A stretch of 63,702 nucleotides of DNA, the filler included, from Pirum gemmata (Eukaryota): NCBI GenBank assembly GCA_002812295.1. It is 30 parts of 30 records of this genome, joined end to end, with 100 filler letters (N's around TTAATTAATTAA, not from the genome) between each part and the next. Parts side by side here need not be neighbours in the genome. Positions count along the whole stretch, not along the records: positions 61,843 to 63,702 come from PDIN01010295.1; 29 more parts are not named here. One strand, 5' to 3'. Both the position numbers and the translations under genes were made by a program. The first letter of the stretch is position 1. Every line of letters begins with the position of its first letter. Below are positions 61,948-63,702 of this stretch, piece by piece. The notes below the pieces were generated by a model that searched no databases, was not told the DNA's origin, and saw only the letters and a list, made by a program, of their open reading frames with translations.

Positions 61948-63543
61948 CTATTTCTTTTTTCTCTTACGTTTCGCTGGGCCAGCGTTGTTTACTTCAGCGT
62001 CATTAGAGTGATTCCTTTTGTTATTCATTGGTACATTTTTTAAAAAATCTAAACACTCCTTTCGATAGAAATGATCAGCAAGCATTAAGGCTGTATTCCC
62101 ATCAATATCTTTAATGGTAGGATCAGCACCAGCTGTAATTAAGTTTTGCACACATACAAGGTTCCCTGCTACTGCAGCTTCACAAAGAGGAGTCCTACCT
62201 TTATAACCAGGTTTGTCTAGATCTGCCTGAGCTTTAATTAATTCATTTAAGCATAACACATGTCCGTTTGCAGCTGCCGCTATTAATGGTGTGTCACCGT
62301 ATTTCGTCGTAACTTTATTTACATCTGCCCCTACGGATATTAATTTCTTTAAGCAATCTATTTTACCATATTGGGCTGATAATAAAAGAGGGGTGAAACC
62401 ATATCTCGTACATTTATCAATATCTGCTTTAGCATTGATTAACTCATTTAGACATTCAACATTACCAGATTGAGCTGCAAAATGTAATGGTGTCTTTGAT
62501 TCGAGTGAATGTTCCTTATCTACATCCGCTTTGGCTTTGATCAATTCTCTTACACAATTAACATGACCACTGCGAGCTGCTGCATGAAGGGGTCCACAAT
62601 AACCTTTTCCAAAATCATTTACATCCGCATTGGCTAATATAAGCTGTTTAACACAATCTACTTGTCCTTCAAAACTCGCTAAAAATAACAAGGTTTCTTT
62701 ATCGTGAACAAGTATTTTGTTAACATCTGTTTCAGAATTACACAATATTTTTAGACAACGGGCATGTCCTATTTCGACAGATTTTTGCAATGAAGTACAT
62801 TCAGAACATGCTTCTGGTTTTATTGATTTGGCCCCTAAACTTTGTAAAGCATCAACTATATATTGTTGTACTTTGGAACCTTTATTTAAATTTTCTGCAA
62901 AAGCCAAAGGACTAAATCCCTCTTGGTTGACTAAATTAATAAACGCAATATTTTTAATCAAAGTGTTTACAACCATCATATTTTCTAAAGCAATAGCCAC
63001 ATGTAAAGGTGTATTACCAGCATTGTCATAAGTAGAAAAATCAGCACCATATTTAATCAATGATCTGATAATAGCTACGTTCCCTAATTTTACGGCTTGA
63101 TGGAGAGAACTTTCGATAGCCTTATCATCATCCCCTTTGTTAATCGTAACATTAAAGTCGGGACTAGCTCCATTTTTCAACAATTTCCGAAGAAATGGAT
63201 AATTTTTATCTTTAATGCACAACTCTACAGCATTGACAATTTTACCATTGACTTGAATAAAGTTGACGTCAAGGTTTGCAGTTGTGTAGTTGGTGGTATC
63301 GTTGCGAAACTGTTCAGTGAATATTTCGTAAACGTTTTGTTTGAGGGTATTATACTTTTCTATTATATCATTTAACCTTTCAGTTTCTTTAACTCTAGTT
63401 TTAACTAGAGTTGAATAAACTTTGTGCATAGAATCCCAGCGTTGTTCAATGTTGGAAAATTGGTTTTTATACTCTTTTAATATTTCTTCAGAAGCATTTT
63501 TTGAGATTGACTCACCAGAAGCAAGTAAATCAATACCTAACAT
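61948..63543 (-). CDS. Ankyrin-repeat protein with N-terminal coiled coil and C-terminal basic NLS-like tail; intronless
   Basis: 531-aa ORF with many G-x-TPLH-x-AA-xx-G repeats; ends PAKRKRKKK. Confidence 0.93.
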   Translation of the reverse strand: MLGIDLLASGESISKNASEEILKEYKNQFSNIEQRWDSMHKVYSTLVKTRVKETERLNDIIEKYNTLKQNVYEIFTEQFRNDTTNYTTANLDVNFIQVNGKIVNAVELCIKDKNYPFLRKLLKNGASPDFNVTINKGDDDKAIESSLHQAVKLGNVAIIRSLIKYGADFSTYDNAGNTPLHVAIALENMMVVNTLIKNIAFINLVNQEGFSPLAFAENLNKGSKVQQYIVDALQSLGAKSIKPEACSECTSLQKSVEIGHARCLKILCNSETDVNKILVHDKETLLFLASFEGQVDCVKQLILANADVNDFGKGYCGPLHAAARSGHVNCVRELIKAKADVDKEHSLESKTPLHFAAQSGNVECLNELINAKADIDKCTRYGFTPLLLSAQYGKIDCLKKLISVGADVNKVTTKYGDTPLIAAAANGHVLCLNELIKAQADLDKPGYKGRTPLCEAAVAGNLVCVQNLITAGADPTIKDIDGNTALMLADHFYRKECLDFLKNVPMNNKRNHSNDAEVNNAGPAKRKRKKK

Positions 63544-63702
63544 TTTTAGAAAATTAGAATTTTTATTTCACTAATTACAGTTCGTGTAGTTTATTATTAT
63601 TTTGGTTATTCTAGAAGTGGTAAAAGCAGCAGTAGTAGTAGGTGTTCAATTATAAATGTTGTTATTAGTATTATTTTTATTTTATTATTATTATTATTAT
63701 TA

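Overview
This is very AT-rich eukaryotic (protist-like) genomic DNA and not one locus. It consists of about 30 short contigs/scaffolds (mostly ~1.9 kb) joined by an artificial 100-bp linker (N44-TTAATTAATTAA-N44, stops in all six frames), so gene neighbourhoods across linkers carry no meaning. It uses the standard genetic code and GT-AG introns. Introns are packed with (TTAGGG)n telomere-like tracts and related microsatellites. Recognisable genes or gene fragments: a bacterial-type Rpn/PD-(D/E)XK nuclease, a His-brace LPMO-like protein, a MACPF + beta-trefoil protein split over opposite strands, an asparaginase-like protein, a 7TM protein, an M13 peptidase, a secreted protein with three novel ~130-aa repeats, a VWA+TSP1 adhesin, fucose mutarotase, an iron-type alcohol dehydrogenase, PABP, a RecQ helicase, an ALKBH7-like dioxygenase and an ankyrin protein. 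Intergenic DNA holds at least three MITE families plus tiny palindromic elements. The most unusual signals are (i) an intronless Rpn gene in eukaryotic context with its catalytic Asp apparently replaced, (ii) repeated tandem duplications spanning splice junctions or gene ends, leaving decoy exon copies, and (iii) intergenic tracts built from TA-x-TA words that resemble stacked transposon excision footprints. All protein calls come from motif recognition by eye; no searches were run.
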